Assembly: GCA_016432645.1 (NCBI GenBank)
Contig: CP066698.1
Coordinates: forward strand, 837,062 to 901,061
Direction of reading: 5' to 3'
Source: Candidatus Falkowbacteria bacterium
GTDB taxonomy: Bacteria; Patescibacteriota; Patescibacteriia; Patescibacteriales; UBA12465
DNA length: 64,000 nucleotides
A program made the translations under genes and the position numbers. The notes under the pieces were generated by a model. It ran no database searches. It worked only from the letters and a program-made list of their open reading frames with translations, and was not told where the DNA came from. Below, in pieces: positions 1 through 10,302 of this stretch (position 1 is its first letter; every line of letters starts with the position of its first letter).

Positions 1-2
1 CG

Positions 3-419
3 AGCAGTCAGAATAATATCAAGCTCACCGAAGCCATAGAAATTACTTTCAATAATTTAATGATGTCCAGTACCTTGAGATCAGGTGGCGAAATCGTTGA
101 TAGCGGCACTAGCCCGGTTTTGCATAAATTTATAAATTTAAAAAGTTCAGAACCAACACCGCTGGGATTTTGGTTAGATAATTCCGACATTGATTCCTTA
201 CCTTTAGATGGAATAGCGGATATTACGGTGGCGAAAATTAAACACTCTCCCTTTTTAGAATCAGTAACTTATGATTCTCAAATTGGTTCGGGGGTTAAAG
301 ATATTTTTCAAAATTGCTTTAAACCGAGTTCCGGCCCCAACTGTGAAGCGACTCCAGAAAGCCCTTCCTGCTGTTTTGGGGTGGCTACTAGTTCATTAGT
401 TAACGGCAATTGTCAATAA
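3..419 (+). CDS. 3' end of a surface protein with an Ig-like (Big_5/SbsA-like) domain and Cys-rich tail; truncated by the window start
   Basis: The frame of ORF 60..419 is open back to position 3 (SSQNNIKLTEAIEITFNNLM...). The 'IEITFN..M' motif matches the Big_5-like 'IKVTFNKQM' in the next gene. Ends in QNCFKP..CC..C. Confidence 0.7.
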   Translation, partial: SSQNNIKLTEAIEITFNNLMMSSTLRSGGEIVDSGTSPVLHKFINLKSSEPTPLGFWLDNSDIDSLPLDGIADITVAKIKHSPFLESVTYDSQIGSGVKDIFQNCFKPSSGPNCEATPESPSCCFGVATSSLVNGNCQ

Positions 420-452
420 TTGCCATTTTTTGTTATCTAAAAACATAAATTT

Positions 453-3400
453 GTGAAAACAAAATTCAATAAAAAGCTGTTTTTATTAATAGTGCTAGTC
501 GTTGGCCTTTTTGCTTGGCGTTTAGTATTCGCCCAAGACTTCGGCACTGAAGCAGTAAATAATGGTTTAAACGGCGCTTTGGCTGGGGGTGATCCGCGTG
601 AAATGGTCGGGCGTATTATTAATATTGCGCTCGGTTTTTTAGGGGTAATCGCTTTGGGATTAATAATCTATGCCGGCTTTTTATGGATGACTTCTAATGG
701 TGAAGAAGATAAAATAAGTCAGGCTAAAAAAATCTTAGTCAGCGCCAGCATCGGCTTGGCGGTTATTTTAGCCTCTTGGGCCATTGCCACCTTCGTTATT
801 AATAAGTTAAGCGGGGCAATTAGCGGTAATGGCGGTAATACCATATGTACTAATGGACAAAGTTCTTCTTGCGGTTGCGGCGGCTCCATGGTTTGCGTTA
901 ACGGTTCTTGGGGCGGTTGCGTCGGTTCCGACTGCAGCATTAATCCTTCTCAAACTAGTTGTGATGCTAGTCCTAATCCTGGCTGTCAAATAGAAAATAA
1001 CATGTGCGCTCCTTCTGATTATTGCGACAGCAATTGTGCTTGTCAGCCCAAAGCCGGAGCCGGTGAATCGTGTGATGCTGATGTCAGCAACGCCACTTGC
1101 GACGCCGACAATAACATGTGTGCCCAGTATTTATCTTGCGATGCCAATACTTGCACCTGTTTTGGGCCGCCGGTAATTACTGATGTCAGTCCTTTAGGCG
1201 GATTTTGTAATGAAAATAATAATAAAGCCTGCGCCACTGATTCGGATTGTGCCACCGGCTGTAATTTAGATACTCCTAATGGCACGGCCAATAATTTTCT
1301 CACTATTTCTGGAAAAAATTTCGGTGAGTATGCTGCCGGACAGAGTCAAGTTGTTTTTATGGGCAATTCCTTAAATGGACGGAATCCCTCAGAAATAAAT
1401 CCGGTTTGTGTTAATTTTTGGCAAGATGATCAAATAATTATTGCCGTTCCGGCCGGAGTTGCCAGCGGTTCTATAAAAGTAGTAGCTAAGGACGGCGCGG
1501 AAGATATTACTAATGATGATTATGGTCCTAAAATTCCTGACTTTGTTGCTAATAGCATTTCTCGTCCCGGTTTATGTCTAATTAGCCCTAATAAAGGCGC
1601 TTTAAGTTCATCCGTCTCTTATCAAGGAATTAATCTTTATTCTGGACAAGCTTATTTTGGCAATTATCAGAATAATGTTCAGGGTTTAGATTCTAATTTT
1701 AGCCATCCGAGCGGCTTGTCGGGAACAGCGGCAACCCCGAATATCCGCTCTGGAGAATCCGGTAGTTTTGTGGTTAATAATATCAGTGGTAATCAAGAAC
1801 GCAGTAATTATTTGAAATTTGTTAAAGAAGCTGACCCTAATGATGGCCCTTTCATTATTTCTTTTTCGCCCACACAGGGAACAGCCGGACAATATGTGAC
1901 GATTACCGGTAGCGGTTTTGGCGGCGCCAGAGGAAACTCCCATGTTTATTTTGCCAGCGCGGAGGCTAATTATAGTTTTCCGCCAGTTTGTGCGAGCTCG
2001 GTTTGGGGAGATAAACAGGTAGTAGTTAAAGTACCAGACGGCTTAGCTAATGGCAGCTATCTGATTAGAATGGTTGTTAATGGTAAAACTATCGATAGCC
2101 AGCAATTAAATCCCAACGTTTTTAGAGTTGATAATTCTTTGTCTTTAAAGACTAGTATTTGTAAATTAGAACCCAAGCAGGGCGGAGTCTCTACTCCAGT
2201 CAAGGTTTATGGCGAATATTTAGGCCAAGTAAATCGCGATGCTTTGGTACAATTTAATCCGGCCAAGCAAGTTTATGGTGTTGTTGCTCAGGATAATGGC
2301 GCCGATATCGTACCGGTTAATGTTCCTGCCGAATCTATCACCGGGCCAGTTAAAGTAGTAAAAAATGGCGAATGGGGAAATGAACTGAATTTTGAAGTTA
2401 GTGCTTGTTCTTCTGATGCCGAATGTCCTGGCCAAGTTTGCTGTCCTGGTAATACTTATAAAAAAGGCACGTGTGCGGTTAACTTAGCCGCTTGTTTAAT
2501 TGATATTCCGACTTCTGTTTTTGAATGGAATTTTAATACCGGCTTCGTTGTTAATCCCAACGATCCTACCGAAAGTTGTTCTACTCTGGCTGATTATTAT
2601 GGCGCTTGCCAGGTTAATGCTACTTGTCCGAATGTCCCGGGAGCCTGTTCGCCGTATGCTGGAGGCACTAAAACCACGGTTGCTAATTGTGATTTTTCTT
2701 GTGCTTCAGTAACTGGCTGCGGTGTTTTTGGTGCTCCTTGTACTTATGACGCCACGCTTAATAAATGCGTTAAAGATGGCAGCGCCGGTGTTTGCAGCTT
2801 GCCAAAGAATCAAACTTTCCGAATTAATAATCAAGATATTTCCTTGTCCCTAACATGTAATGCCAGCGGCAAATGGGAGACCAAAACAAATACTTCTTGT
2901 CCTGATGGCTGGGTAAGGGGCTCTAATAATATTTGCGTAGACACATCTTCGTCTTGTGGAATTTGCGCTATTGGTTTAAGTTGCGCGCAATTAGGCTCCG
3001 GTGGCCGTTGCGTCTCCGATACAATTTGCCCGGCCGGCTCTGTTTGTGAAAACAATCCAGATATTTCTCAACCCGATTCCTGCGTTTCTGTTCGGGGAGC
3101 TAGCTGTGATTGTTGTTGTCGTATAGAAAATAGCGCTCAAGATTGTTGTGCGCCTTTAGAATGTAAAGGAACTTGTGGCCAGGACACAACTGATGACGGC
3201 GCCGGATTCGGCAGTTGTTCCGGTTGCGCCAACGTAGGAACAACTGTGGCTGAGCATGACGCTGCCTGTAATTGCGCCGGGCATGGTGGTCAGTATTGTA
3301 GTATTACCGCGCAAAATCCCGAAGGGATTTGTACCGATTGTAGTGGTTTGGTTGGCTTAAGTTCTTGTTCAGAACATAATGCCGCCTGCTGTTTTGACGC

Positions 3401-6164
3401 TAAACGTACTGCTTCTACTAGCGATGATTCTTGCCGTGGCGGTTCCGGAACAAGTATTTCTGCTAATCCCGCTGATCCAAGTTTTGGTTACTGCGGTTAT
3501 TATAATTGTTTTAGTACAACTACTCCGCCAATCGGCGACCCAGCTACCTGTGCTTCTTCCACTCCCGTAAAAATTGGTGCCTATAAAGACGCCCCGACCT
3601 GTGTTGATGGTTGCGCCGCTAACCCCGGACAAGATTTTTGTTCATTATTCAATGGCAAAAAAGATGAATGTACTTTAGCCGCTTCTTGTTGTTTCGATCA
3701 GGCGACCGCTACTTGTAAAAGTGGTTCGCAAATTCCGAGCGGAGTTAATTTAGGATATTGTGCGTATTATGATTGTCAAGATATTAATGGCGTTAGTACT
3801 TGCGATCAAACCCCTAGAACTTCCGGTAAATTTAATAATTTAAATACTTGTTCTACTCGTTGCGGGAATGCCGAAGGCGGTGTTGGCCAGGATTGTGTTT
3901 CTCCATTGGCGACGGCTACTTGTAATCTTGGACTTTGTAATTTTCCTGGACATTCTTGTTTAACTGAAGCGGGGGCTAATGCCACCAGCGCCTCTGATTG
4001 CGGCGCCTGTTGTTGTAACCCGGCTGATCCGACTGCTTGTCAAACAGCAGAAGCGCCTGATTTATATTGTCAGCCTGATAAGGGAAATTGTAGCGGCGCT
4101 AGCCGGGGATTATGTTGCGGATGCAAAAATGATGGTGAGTGCGGCAATGCAGCCACCGTCGGGTGCGGCATTGATACTTGCTGCGATTCTCGTCCGGAAG
4201 TGACCGGTTCAGTCCCGGCAACCGGAGCTACTAATGTTTGCCGTAACTCAGTTATTAAAGTTACCTTTAATAAACAAATGGACGTCGCTTCCTTTAGCGC
4301 CAATACGTTACTAATGGAAGAAATGAACTATGGCGGCGCGGTTTGTCCGAGCGGCACGTTTGCTTATGAGGGTGATGGTAATTTTGTGGCCGTTAATCAA
4401 AACTGGTTTACTAATGTTTTTGCTAAATTCAAATCGTATGTTAGCCAGCTTTTTGGCAACCAGGCCCTGGCTGATTTACCGGATCAAAATAAATTATATT
4501 GTTCTTTCCAGGGCAGCATCTCGGGCGAGTATTCTGGCGAGGAAACTGTTTTAAGTTTTACGCCTAATAAATTGTTAACGCCTGATGCTAAATATTTTTT
4601 GATTGTTAAGGGGGATGAAGATTTAAATAGTCAATCAGGCGTTATTAGTTTAAGCGGTATTGGCTTAAACGGCGAAGGTCTGGATGGAGTTGAGGGCGCC
4701 TCTTTGAGCTTCAATAATAAAAATTATAAAAATTCTTATATTGTTCAATTTAAAACCCTATCTGATAAGGGCGCTAATTCTGGGGTCTGTGCTATCAGTC
4801 AAGTTAAAATCGCCCCTGAATCTTATTTATTCAATACAACTGAAAATAGCTTAGATGAAAATGACGCTAATTTTCAGGATAAAACTTTCGATACTAAGCG
4901 CGATAAGGATAAAGTCTTTAAGGCCTTAGCTTATAGCGCTGACGGACAGATAATCCAGCCGATTACTGGTTATTTTTGGGATTGGAAATTTAATTTGAGC
5001 GATGCGAGCGTCGCCACTATGGCTAGCATTGGACCAGATAAAGTTTTAGTAGCTGCTCGTGATGGTGTTACCGAGGGAGAAACAAAGCTATCCGCGACGA
5101 TTGATATGGTTAGATTTTTGGACAATAATTCTTCTGTTAATCCGGGTTGTGCTTGCGCGGATGAGGTTTGCTCCAGTAATTGCCGCAACGCTTTTTCTGC
5201 TGGCGATAATTTGAGTGGCAATGCCAATTTGTATGTCTTTATTTGTGCCAATCCTTGGCCGCCGGTAAACACTAATGGAACTTGGTATCCTTGGAGCGAT
5301 AACTGTACCAATTCTATTGGTGGAGCTTGCAACAACTTTAATTATAAATTCTATTATTGCCGCGATGCTGGAGCTCCGGGAACAGTTGATGATTTGCCGG
5401 CAATTATGGATAAAGCGGTAATTAGAGGACAGAGCGCGACTTTAATTTGCAGTTCTGATAATTCTTCCTGCGCCGGCTTGAATTCTGCCTGCGGCGCTGA
5501 TCAGAATGGCGACGGACGCCTAGATGGCATCTGTATTTGGAATGTTTTGAAAGAGTCATATTTTTTCCGTGAAGCTGGGATTAATGAAGCGGCGATTGAG
5601 ACGGTAACGGACACCGGAACCGGAGGCGATGTTACTGTTACTTGGTGGTCTGCTAACGCCCAAGCGGTTTCCTATAAAGTTTATTATGGTGAAAGCGGCA
5701 AAGCGCTTACTAAGTTTCAAGAATTTAAGATTAGCGATTACTGCGTACCAGTGACTGAGGCTTATAGCTGTACGGCTCATATTTCTTCGCTGAAGAATGG
5801 ACAGTCGTACGATTTCCGTTTAACAGCAATTTCGGCCAATAGAGTTGAGAGTGCGATGAGCGAGGTCGTTAGTGCCAAACCAACCGATCAAGCACCGCCG
5901 CAAGCGCCAATCGGCCTTAATGTCGCTGATGCTGGATCCGTTATCAAGTTTACCTGGCAAACTAATAATGCCTTATTTTATCGTATTTATCGCGGAGTGA
6001 AGAGCAATCTTTACGGCGAATCATATGATTCCGCTAATAATGCCTCCTCTTTATCTTGGGACAAAGCCAAACTTAGCTCCGGTAATAATTATTTTGCAAT
6101 TTCTGCTTTGGACAGTAATGGTAATGAAAGCGCTAAATCAGCAGAGATAATATTTTTTAAATAA
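453..6164 (+). CDS. Giant (1903 aa) Cys-rich surface protein: signal peptide, TrbC/VirB2-like CPR pilin domain, IPT/TIG repeats, Cys-rich repeats, Big_5-like Ig domain, C-terminal FN3 domains
   Basis: GTG start and signal peptide ending VFA-Q. Pilin-like IINIALGFLGVIALGLIIYAGFLWMTSNGEEDKISQAKKILVSASIGLAVILASWAI. IPT motifs (PFIISFSP..G.YVTITGSGFG; W.D.QI...VP). FN3 motifs (VTVTW...YKVYYG; LKNGQSYDFRLTAI; YFAISALDSNGNES). Confidence 0.85.
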   Translation: MKTKFNKKLFLLIVLVVGLFAWRLVFAQDFGTEAVNNGLNGALAGGDPREMVGRIINIALGFLGVIALGLIIYAGFLWMTSNGEEDKISQAKKILVSASIGLAVILASWAIATFVINKLSGAISGNGGNTICTNGQSSSCGCGGSMVCVNGSWGGCVGSDCSINPSQTSCDASPNPGCQIENNMCAPSDYCDSNCACQPKAGAGESCDADVSNATCDADNNMCAQYLSCDANTCTCFGPPVITDVSPLGGFCNENNNKACATDSDCATGCNLDTPNGTANNFLTISGKNFGEYAAGQSQVVFMGNSLNGRNPSEINPVCVNFWQDDQIIIAVPAGVASGSIKVVAKDGAEDITNDDYGPKIPDFVANSISRPGLCLISPNKGALSSSVSYQGINLYSGQAYFGNYQNNVQGLDSNFSHPSGLSGTAATPNIRSGESGSFVVNNISGNQERSNYLKFVKEADPNDGPFIISFSPTQGTAGQYVTITGSGFGGARGNSHVYFASAEANYSFPPVCASSVWGDKQVVVKVPDGLANGSYLIRMVVNGKTIDSQQLNPNVFRVDNSLSLKTSICKLEPKQGGVSTPVKVYGEYLGQVNRDALVQFNPAKQVYGVVAQDNGADIVPVNVPAESITGPVKVVKNGEWGNELNFEVSACSSDAECPGQVCCPGNTYKKGTCAVNLAACLIDIPTSVFEWNFNTGFVVNPNDPTESCSTLADYYGACQVNATCPNVPGACSPYAGGTKTTVANCDFSCASVTGCGVFGAPCTYDATLNKCVKDGSAGVCSLPKNQTFRINNQDISLSLTCNASGKWETKTNTSCPDGWVRGSNNICVDTSSSCGICAIGLSCAQLGSGGRCVSDTICPAGSVCENNPDISQPDSCVSVRGASCDCCCRIENSAQDCCAPLECKGTCGQDTTDDGAGFGSCSGCANVGTTVAEHDAACNCAGHGGQYCSITAQNPEGICTDCSGLVGLSSCSEHNAACCFDAKRTASTSDDSCRGGSGTSISANPADPSFGYCGYYNCFSTTTPPIGDPATCASSTPVKIGAYKDAPTCVDGCAANPGQDFCSLFNGKKDECTLAASCCFDQATATCKSGSQIPSGVNLGYCAYYDCQDINGVSTCDQTPRTSGKFNNLNTCSTRCGNAEGGVGQDCVSPLATATCNLGLCNFPGHSCLTEAGANATSASDCGACCCNPADPTACQTAEAPDLYCQPDKGNCSGASRGLCCGCKNDGECGNAATVGCGIDTCCDSRPEVTGSVPATGATNVCRNSVIKVTFNKQMDVASFSANTLLMEEMNYGGAVCPSGTFAYEGDGNFVAVNQNWFTNVFAKFKSYVSQLFGNQALADLPDQNKLYCSFQGSISGEYSGEETVLSFTPNKLLTPDAKYFLIVKGDEDLNSQSGVISLSGIGLNGEGLDGVEGASLSFNNKNYKNSYIVQFKTLSDKGANSGVCAISQVKIAPESYLFNTTENSLDENDANFQDKTFDTKRDKDKVFKALAYSADGQIIQPITGYFWDWKFNLSDASVATMASIGPDKVLVAARDGVTEGETKLSATIDMVRFLDNNSSVNPGCACADEVCSSNCRNAFSAGDNLSGNANLYVFICANPWPPVNTNGTWYPWSDNCTNSIGGACNNFNYKFYYCRDAGAPGTVDDLPAIMDKAVIRGQSATLICSSDNSSCAGLNSACGADQNGDGRLDGICIWNVLKESYFFREAGINEAAIETVTDTGTGGDVTVTWWSANAQAVSYKVYYGESGKALTKFQEFKISDYCVPVTEAYSCTAHISSLKNGQSYDFRLTAISANRVESAMSEVVSAKPTDQAPPQAPIGLNVADAGSVIKFTWQTNNALFYRIYRGVKSNLYGESYDSANNASSLSWDKAKLSSGNNYFAISALDSNGNESAKSAEIIFFK

Positions 6165-6198
6165 TAAAAATTAGGAAGTCATGCTAAATGATAAGACT

Positions 6199-9100
6199 AT
6201 GAAAAACAAGCAAGTGCTAAGAACGAGCAGCTTATTCTTTATGCTTGGGGTTGTTTTTATTTATCTTTTGGCAGGGGCGGTATTTAAAGTTTCTGCCCAA
6301 GAGCAAAATAATGATGCTATCGGCGTCAGAATTATTCCTAACCCGAATCATTATAGCGTCTATCGCTGGTATGCGGCTCAAGGGTTTTCCGGTTCGCCGC
6401 AATCATTGACTGTTGATGGCTATGAAGCTTTGCGTGATGGGCGCACCGTTTATGTTAATGCCGCTAATGTTGATACTTTTGCTAAGGTTGTTTACACCAA
6501 TATTTATTTAATTTCCTATAATCAAGATTATAATGCTAAAACCGTAGATATTTTGGGGCAGTTAATTTCTCATTGGAAATTTAATGATAATTTGCCTTCC
6601 GAAACTTCTACTTGTTCAATTTCGGCCCTGAAGTGTGAGCAAGATGCTGATTGTGCTTCCAATCAATTCTGCTCTAATAATGATACTTGTGCGCTTAAAG
6701 AGCCCAAAAATTGCGCGGTGGATGAAGATTGTCCGGCGAGTTTTTTCTGCGGCAGCCTAAAAGCTAAAATCATCCGTGATTTAAAAAGAATCGGCAAACT
6801 AGAAGAAATTAAAGAAGCTTTGGCTAACTATAAAAAAGTTAATGGTCGTTATCCGCTTCTGAGCGCCGGAACTTATTTGTCTGGGAAAAGTGTTTCTTTG
6901 TGGCCAAGCTGGAATGATATTTTAATTCCTACGCTCGCCATCAAGCAAGCGTTAATCGACCCGATTAATCGTTTAGGCGCTTGTCCGGGATTTAATTCCA
7001 AAACTTGCTGGGATGATAGTAATAAAAAATTTGTTTATAATCCGGCCGGCGCTTATTTAAAATTACCAAAAGATAGTTACGCCTTGGTTTACGGGACTAA
7101 CGAAACTGGCTCTGATTACAATTTATGCGCTGTGCTTGAGACCCATTCCGATCCCAACTATACTTTTTCTCCCAATGACCCTGCTGCCAGCGCCTGCGTA
7201 TCTGATACCGGCATTCTCGCTTCGGGAAATAGTTCTAATTCTGCTCCGGTGATTACTAGCTTAGCGTTGAAGGGCGTTTCTGGTAATGAGTATAATGGGT
7301 TTGTGCAGGCAGTTGATGCCGATGGTGATTCGCTTACTTGGAGTTTACAGCCATTAGCCAGCTCCTGGCCTAATTGGCAGGGAGCGCCGCCAATTATCAA
7401 GGATACTAGCGATGCCAATCAAAAGAAAATTTTTGCCACTCGCGCCGGCAACGCTGGCGTCTATCCAATCGGCATCACGGTTTCAGACAGTAATGGTACT
7501 TCAGTTTCCACAACCACGCGGATTGAAATTAGTTCCTTGTCTTCAGCTGCTCAAGCTGAAGATTATACTTACCATTTAGATCCGACGGTGCCTTTTAATT
7601 ATAATTTTTATGTTTCCGGCGGCAGCAGCGCTCCTTCATTTGCTCTTATCCGAGTAAGCGGCCCGAATATTTTATCAATGCCGGGAATAACTAGAACGGC
7701 CAGTGCCGATGGGCTTAATCGCCAAAAAATAAATTATCAAGGCATTATTTCCACTACCCAGAAATTTACTGGCGATGTTGAGAGCCACTATCGGATACAA
7801 ATTGATAATGGCGCTGGCAATCCCGTAACTGACGATTTTATTATTAAAATAATTGTTGATAAGCCGGTATTAGATTTTAATTGCGCCAATCAATCACGTA
7901 TTAATTATGCCTATAAATGCAGCTTAGGTTCAACGGTTCAAGGCAATCACACCCTGACTTACGCTGTCACTTCAGCAATGCCTGCCGGGCTTAATCTTTC
8001 TGCTTCCAGCAATAACCAAAATATGGTTTATTTGGAAGGGAATACTGTGGCTGCCAGAGTCGGTCAAGAAGTAAAAGTTCAAGCGATTAATGAATATGGA
8101 ACCGCTACAGAAAAAAGTTTTATTTTAAATGTTAATACTTATTGCGGCGACGGGGTAATTGAAAAGCCTAATACCGAAGGCCGTGGCGGCGTTAGAAATG
8201 ATGGTCAAGAGGCTTGCGATGGCAGCGGTAATATTGCAACTAGTGCAGCTACTAGTAATAAAGATTTCCAATACGCTTGCAATACCACCTCAATCGCCTC
8301 CACCCCCTATCCGATTACCGGCAATAATTATTGTATCTTCAAGTCGCCCTTAGATGGCGGTGGTTTCTGCGGCGACACCTATTGCCAAACTAAATATGAA
8401 AATATAACCAATTGTCCCTTTGATTGTGATCCTAATTATTTTGGTACTGACCCGACTTTAAACGAGGGCAAAGAAGTTCCCCTTGATTGCAACAACGGTT
8501 TGTATTGTGATAAGGGATATGAATGTACTAGCTCCGGCGTTTGCCAGAAAAAATGCTGGGCGATTACCGAGAAAGACGCGCGAGTCGTCTCGGTAGCCGA
8601 GGGTGATGCAGTTTTAGCCAATAAAAACTATCAGACTTGGGTGGATCCTCATAAGCAGCCATTGTTTAATTTTACCAGCGCGCAGTTAAATAATAATTAT
8701 GTTGATGGTACTAAAATTTGCAGTAATTCTAATGAAGGAGTAAAAATTCCTAATCCTTTAAGTGATTGTAGCATAATCAAACTAGATAACACCCGATGTA
8801 TTAGCAAATGGGCTTCTGATGCCTCTAATGCCATTAAAGACTCTGCCGCTAAGTTTACTTATTGTCCGGTTGGATTTCAAAATAAATTAACCCCTTCAAG
8901 TGCCCGTTATTCAGGTCAATGCAAACAAGTCTGGACTGACTTGGGCGGTTGGAGAACGCGGATTCAATGGACTTGTACCGGTGACTTGGCAGCTAATCGG
9001 TGTTATCAAGACGAATGTCGAACTGCTGGCAGTACAGTATTGGATGGTTTGATGAATGAGGTTGGGCTTTGTGTTAAAAAACCGATTGTTACTCCGCCAC

Positions 9101-9852
9101 CGGGAGATCCTTGTGACAGCGTTTATAACGACACCTGTCCCACGGGCCAGCATTGCGAAGGGGCTTATGGACATTGTGAATCTATGGAAAGCGGCCAGAC
9201 AGGAAATTACGGTGCTGAATGTGCGCAATATGACGAATATCGCTGCCCAGGGGCTAATGTTCCCGGAGGCTGTGATTGGGCTTTAGATCAGCAGGGAATT
9301 TGTGTTTCCAATGCTAATACCTGCACCCCATCTTGTCCGGCTAATTATTGCGGTACGGATGGTTGCGGCGGCACTTGTGCTTGTGCTAATACCACCGATT
9401 ATACTTGCACTAATAATCAATGTACTTTGATTCCAACTTGCCCTGCCGGCGTAATCAGCGGCTATTCTTATCCAAAAATTAAATATGGTTCAACCTACGA
9501 AGCTAAGACCAATGTTGCTTTCCGCCCGGAGGGAGGATATTACAGTACCAGTATATTTTGTAACAATAGCGGAGTAGCGATGATTACTGGGACTGCTGGT
9601 CCCTTTGCTAATCCTGGTTATCGTTGTACGGATGGCAATTGGTATTTGTCAACTTTTGGTTATTATACAGTTTGTTTGCCTAACTGCTCGGCCGGAACCG
9701 TTGATGATTATAATCACGGCGCTTTAGAAAGCGGCGGCCCGAATAGTACGCAAGCGGTTACTAAAATCATAGCCGGCGGCGCTAAAACTTGTACCGCCAC
9801 CGCTAACTGTATGGACGGTGCAGTGACAATTACTAATGAGTCTTGTAATTAA
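6199..9852 (+). CDS. Large secreted Cys-rich surface protein with an internal type IV pilin/GspG-like head, cadherin/Ig-like domains and a CGDG-type Cys-rich repeat
   Basis: Signal peptide ending VSA-Q (start may be 6181 or 6199). Pilin-like RDLKRIGKLEEIKEALANYKKVNGRYP...DP...YNLCAVLE. Cadherin-like NSAPVI..AVDADGDSLTW. YCGDGVIE...EACDG repeat. Confidence 0.8.
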   Translation: MKNKQVLRTSSLFFMLGVVFIYLLAGAVFKVSAQEQNNDAIGVRIIPNPNHYSVYRWYAAQGFSGSPQSLTVDGYEALRDGRTVYVNAANVDTFAKVVYTNIYLISYNQDYNAKTVDILGQLISHWKFNDNLPSETSTCSISALKCEQDADCASNQFCSNNDTCALKEPKNCAVDEDCPASFFCGSLKAKIIRDLKRIGKLEEIKEALANYKKVNGRYPLLSAGTYLSGKSVSLWPSWNDILIPTLAIKQALIDPINRLGACPGFNSKTCWDDSNKKFVYNPAGAYLKLPKDSYALVYGTNETGSDYNLCAVLETHSDPNYTFSPNDPAASACVSDTGILASGNSSNSAPVITSLALKGVSGNEYNGFVQAVDADGDSLTWSLQPLASSWPNWQGAPPIIKDTSDANQKKIFATRAGNAGVYPIGITVSDSNGTSVSTTTRIEISSLSSAAQAEDYTYHLDPTVPFNYNFYVSGGSSAPSFALIRVSGPNILSMPGITRTASADGLNRQKINYQGIISTTQKFTGDVESHYRIQIDNGAGNPVTDDFIIKIIVDKPVLDFNCANQSRINYAYKCSLGSTVQGNHTLTYAVTSAMPAGLNLSASSNNQNMVYLEGNTVAARVGQEVKVQAINEYGTATEKSFILNVNTYCGDGVIEKPNTEGRGGVRNDGQEACDGSGNIATSAATSNKDFQYACNTTSIASTPYPITGNNYCIFKSPLDGGGFCGDTYCQTKYENITNCPFDCDPNYFGTDPTLNEGKEVPLDCNNGLYCDKGYECTSSGVCQKKCWAITEKDARVVSVAEGDAVLANKNYQTWVDPHKQPLFNFTSAQLNNNYVDGTKICSNSNEGVKIPNPLSDCSIIKLDNTRCISKWASDASNAIKDSAAKFTYCPVGFQNKLTPSSARYSGQCKQVWTDLGGWRTRIQWTCTGDLAANRCYQDECRTAGSTVLDGLMNEVGLCVKKPIVTPPPGDPCDSVYNDTCPTGQHCEGAYGHCESMESGQTGNYGAECAQYDEYRCPGANVPGGCDWALDQQGICVSNANTCTPSCPANYCGTDGCGGTCACANTTDYTCTNNQCTLIPTCPAGVISGYSYPKIKYGSTYEAKTNVAFRPEGGYYSTSIFCNNSGVAMITGTAGPFANPGYRCTDGNWYLSTFGYYTVCLPNCSAGTVDDYNHGALESGGPNSTQAVTKIIAGGAKTCTATANCMDGAVTITNESCN

Positions 9853-9873
9853 AGATGGTCGTAGTTAAAAAAT

Positions 9874-10227
9874 ATGTTGTTTAATATGTTAAACAAAAAG
9901 AAAAAAAATATTATAATCGGATTAGCTGCCGCCGTTATTGTAGTTGGCGTCTCCGTTTTTATTCTGATTCGTAATAGTAAATTTAATACAGATAATCTTT
10001 CCCAATCAGGAAATATTAACCAGCTGCCGGCTCCTAAGTTTATGAGTGTTGAGGAGAAATCCAGCCTTAATTTACCGGCTGATTCTAAAATTCAAGTTTT
10101 AAAAACCGATGAATCTGGCAAGACTGAAGTTTATCGAGTTATTCGTAAAGACGCTGATATAATTTTAGACCCCAGCCGCATTGCCGATCCTGATATGACG
10201 CGTCCAGCCGTTCAATCCGCGCAGTAA
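9874..10227 (+). CDS. Hypothetical single-pass membrane protein
   Basis: Lys-rich N-terminus followed by a TM helix; co-oriented with short spacers to its neighbours. Confidence 0.7.
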   Translation: MLFNMLNKKKKNIIIGLAAAVIVVGVSVFILIRNSKFNTDNLSQSGNINQLPAPKFMSVEEKSSLNLPADSKIQVLKTDESGKTEVYRVIRKDADIILDPSRIADPDMTRPAVQSAQ

Positions 10228-10302
10228 TAAAAAATAAATTATTAGCCAAAAGTTTTCTTATTGGTTATACTTTAAAGATAACCAAGTTACTTACACAAAA
10301 AT

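Noticed and set aside
719..9286. Many short alternative-frame and antisense ORFs inside the giant genes (also 19634..20278, 22231..22848, 58075..58545 and similar)
   Set aside because: Shadow ORFs of long, motif-bearing genes with no independent signals.
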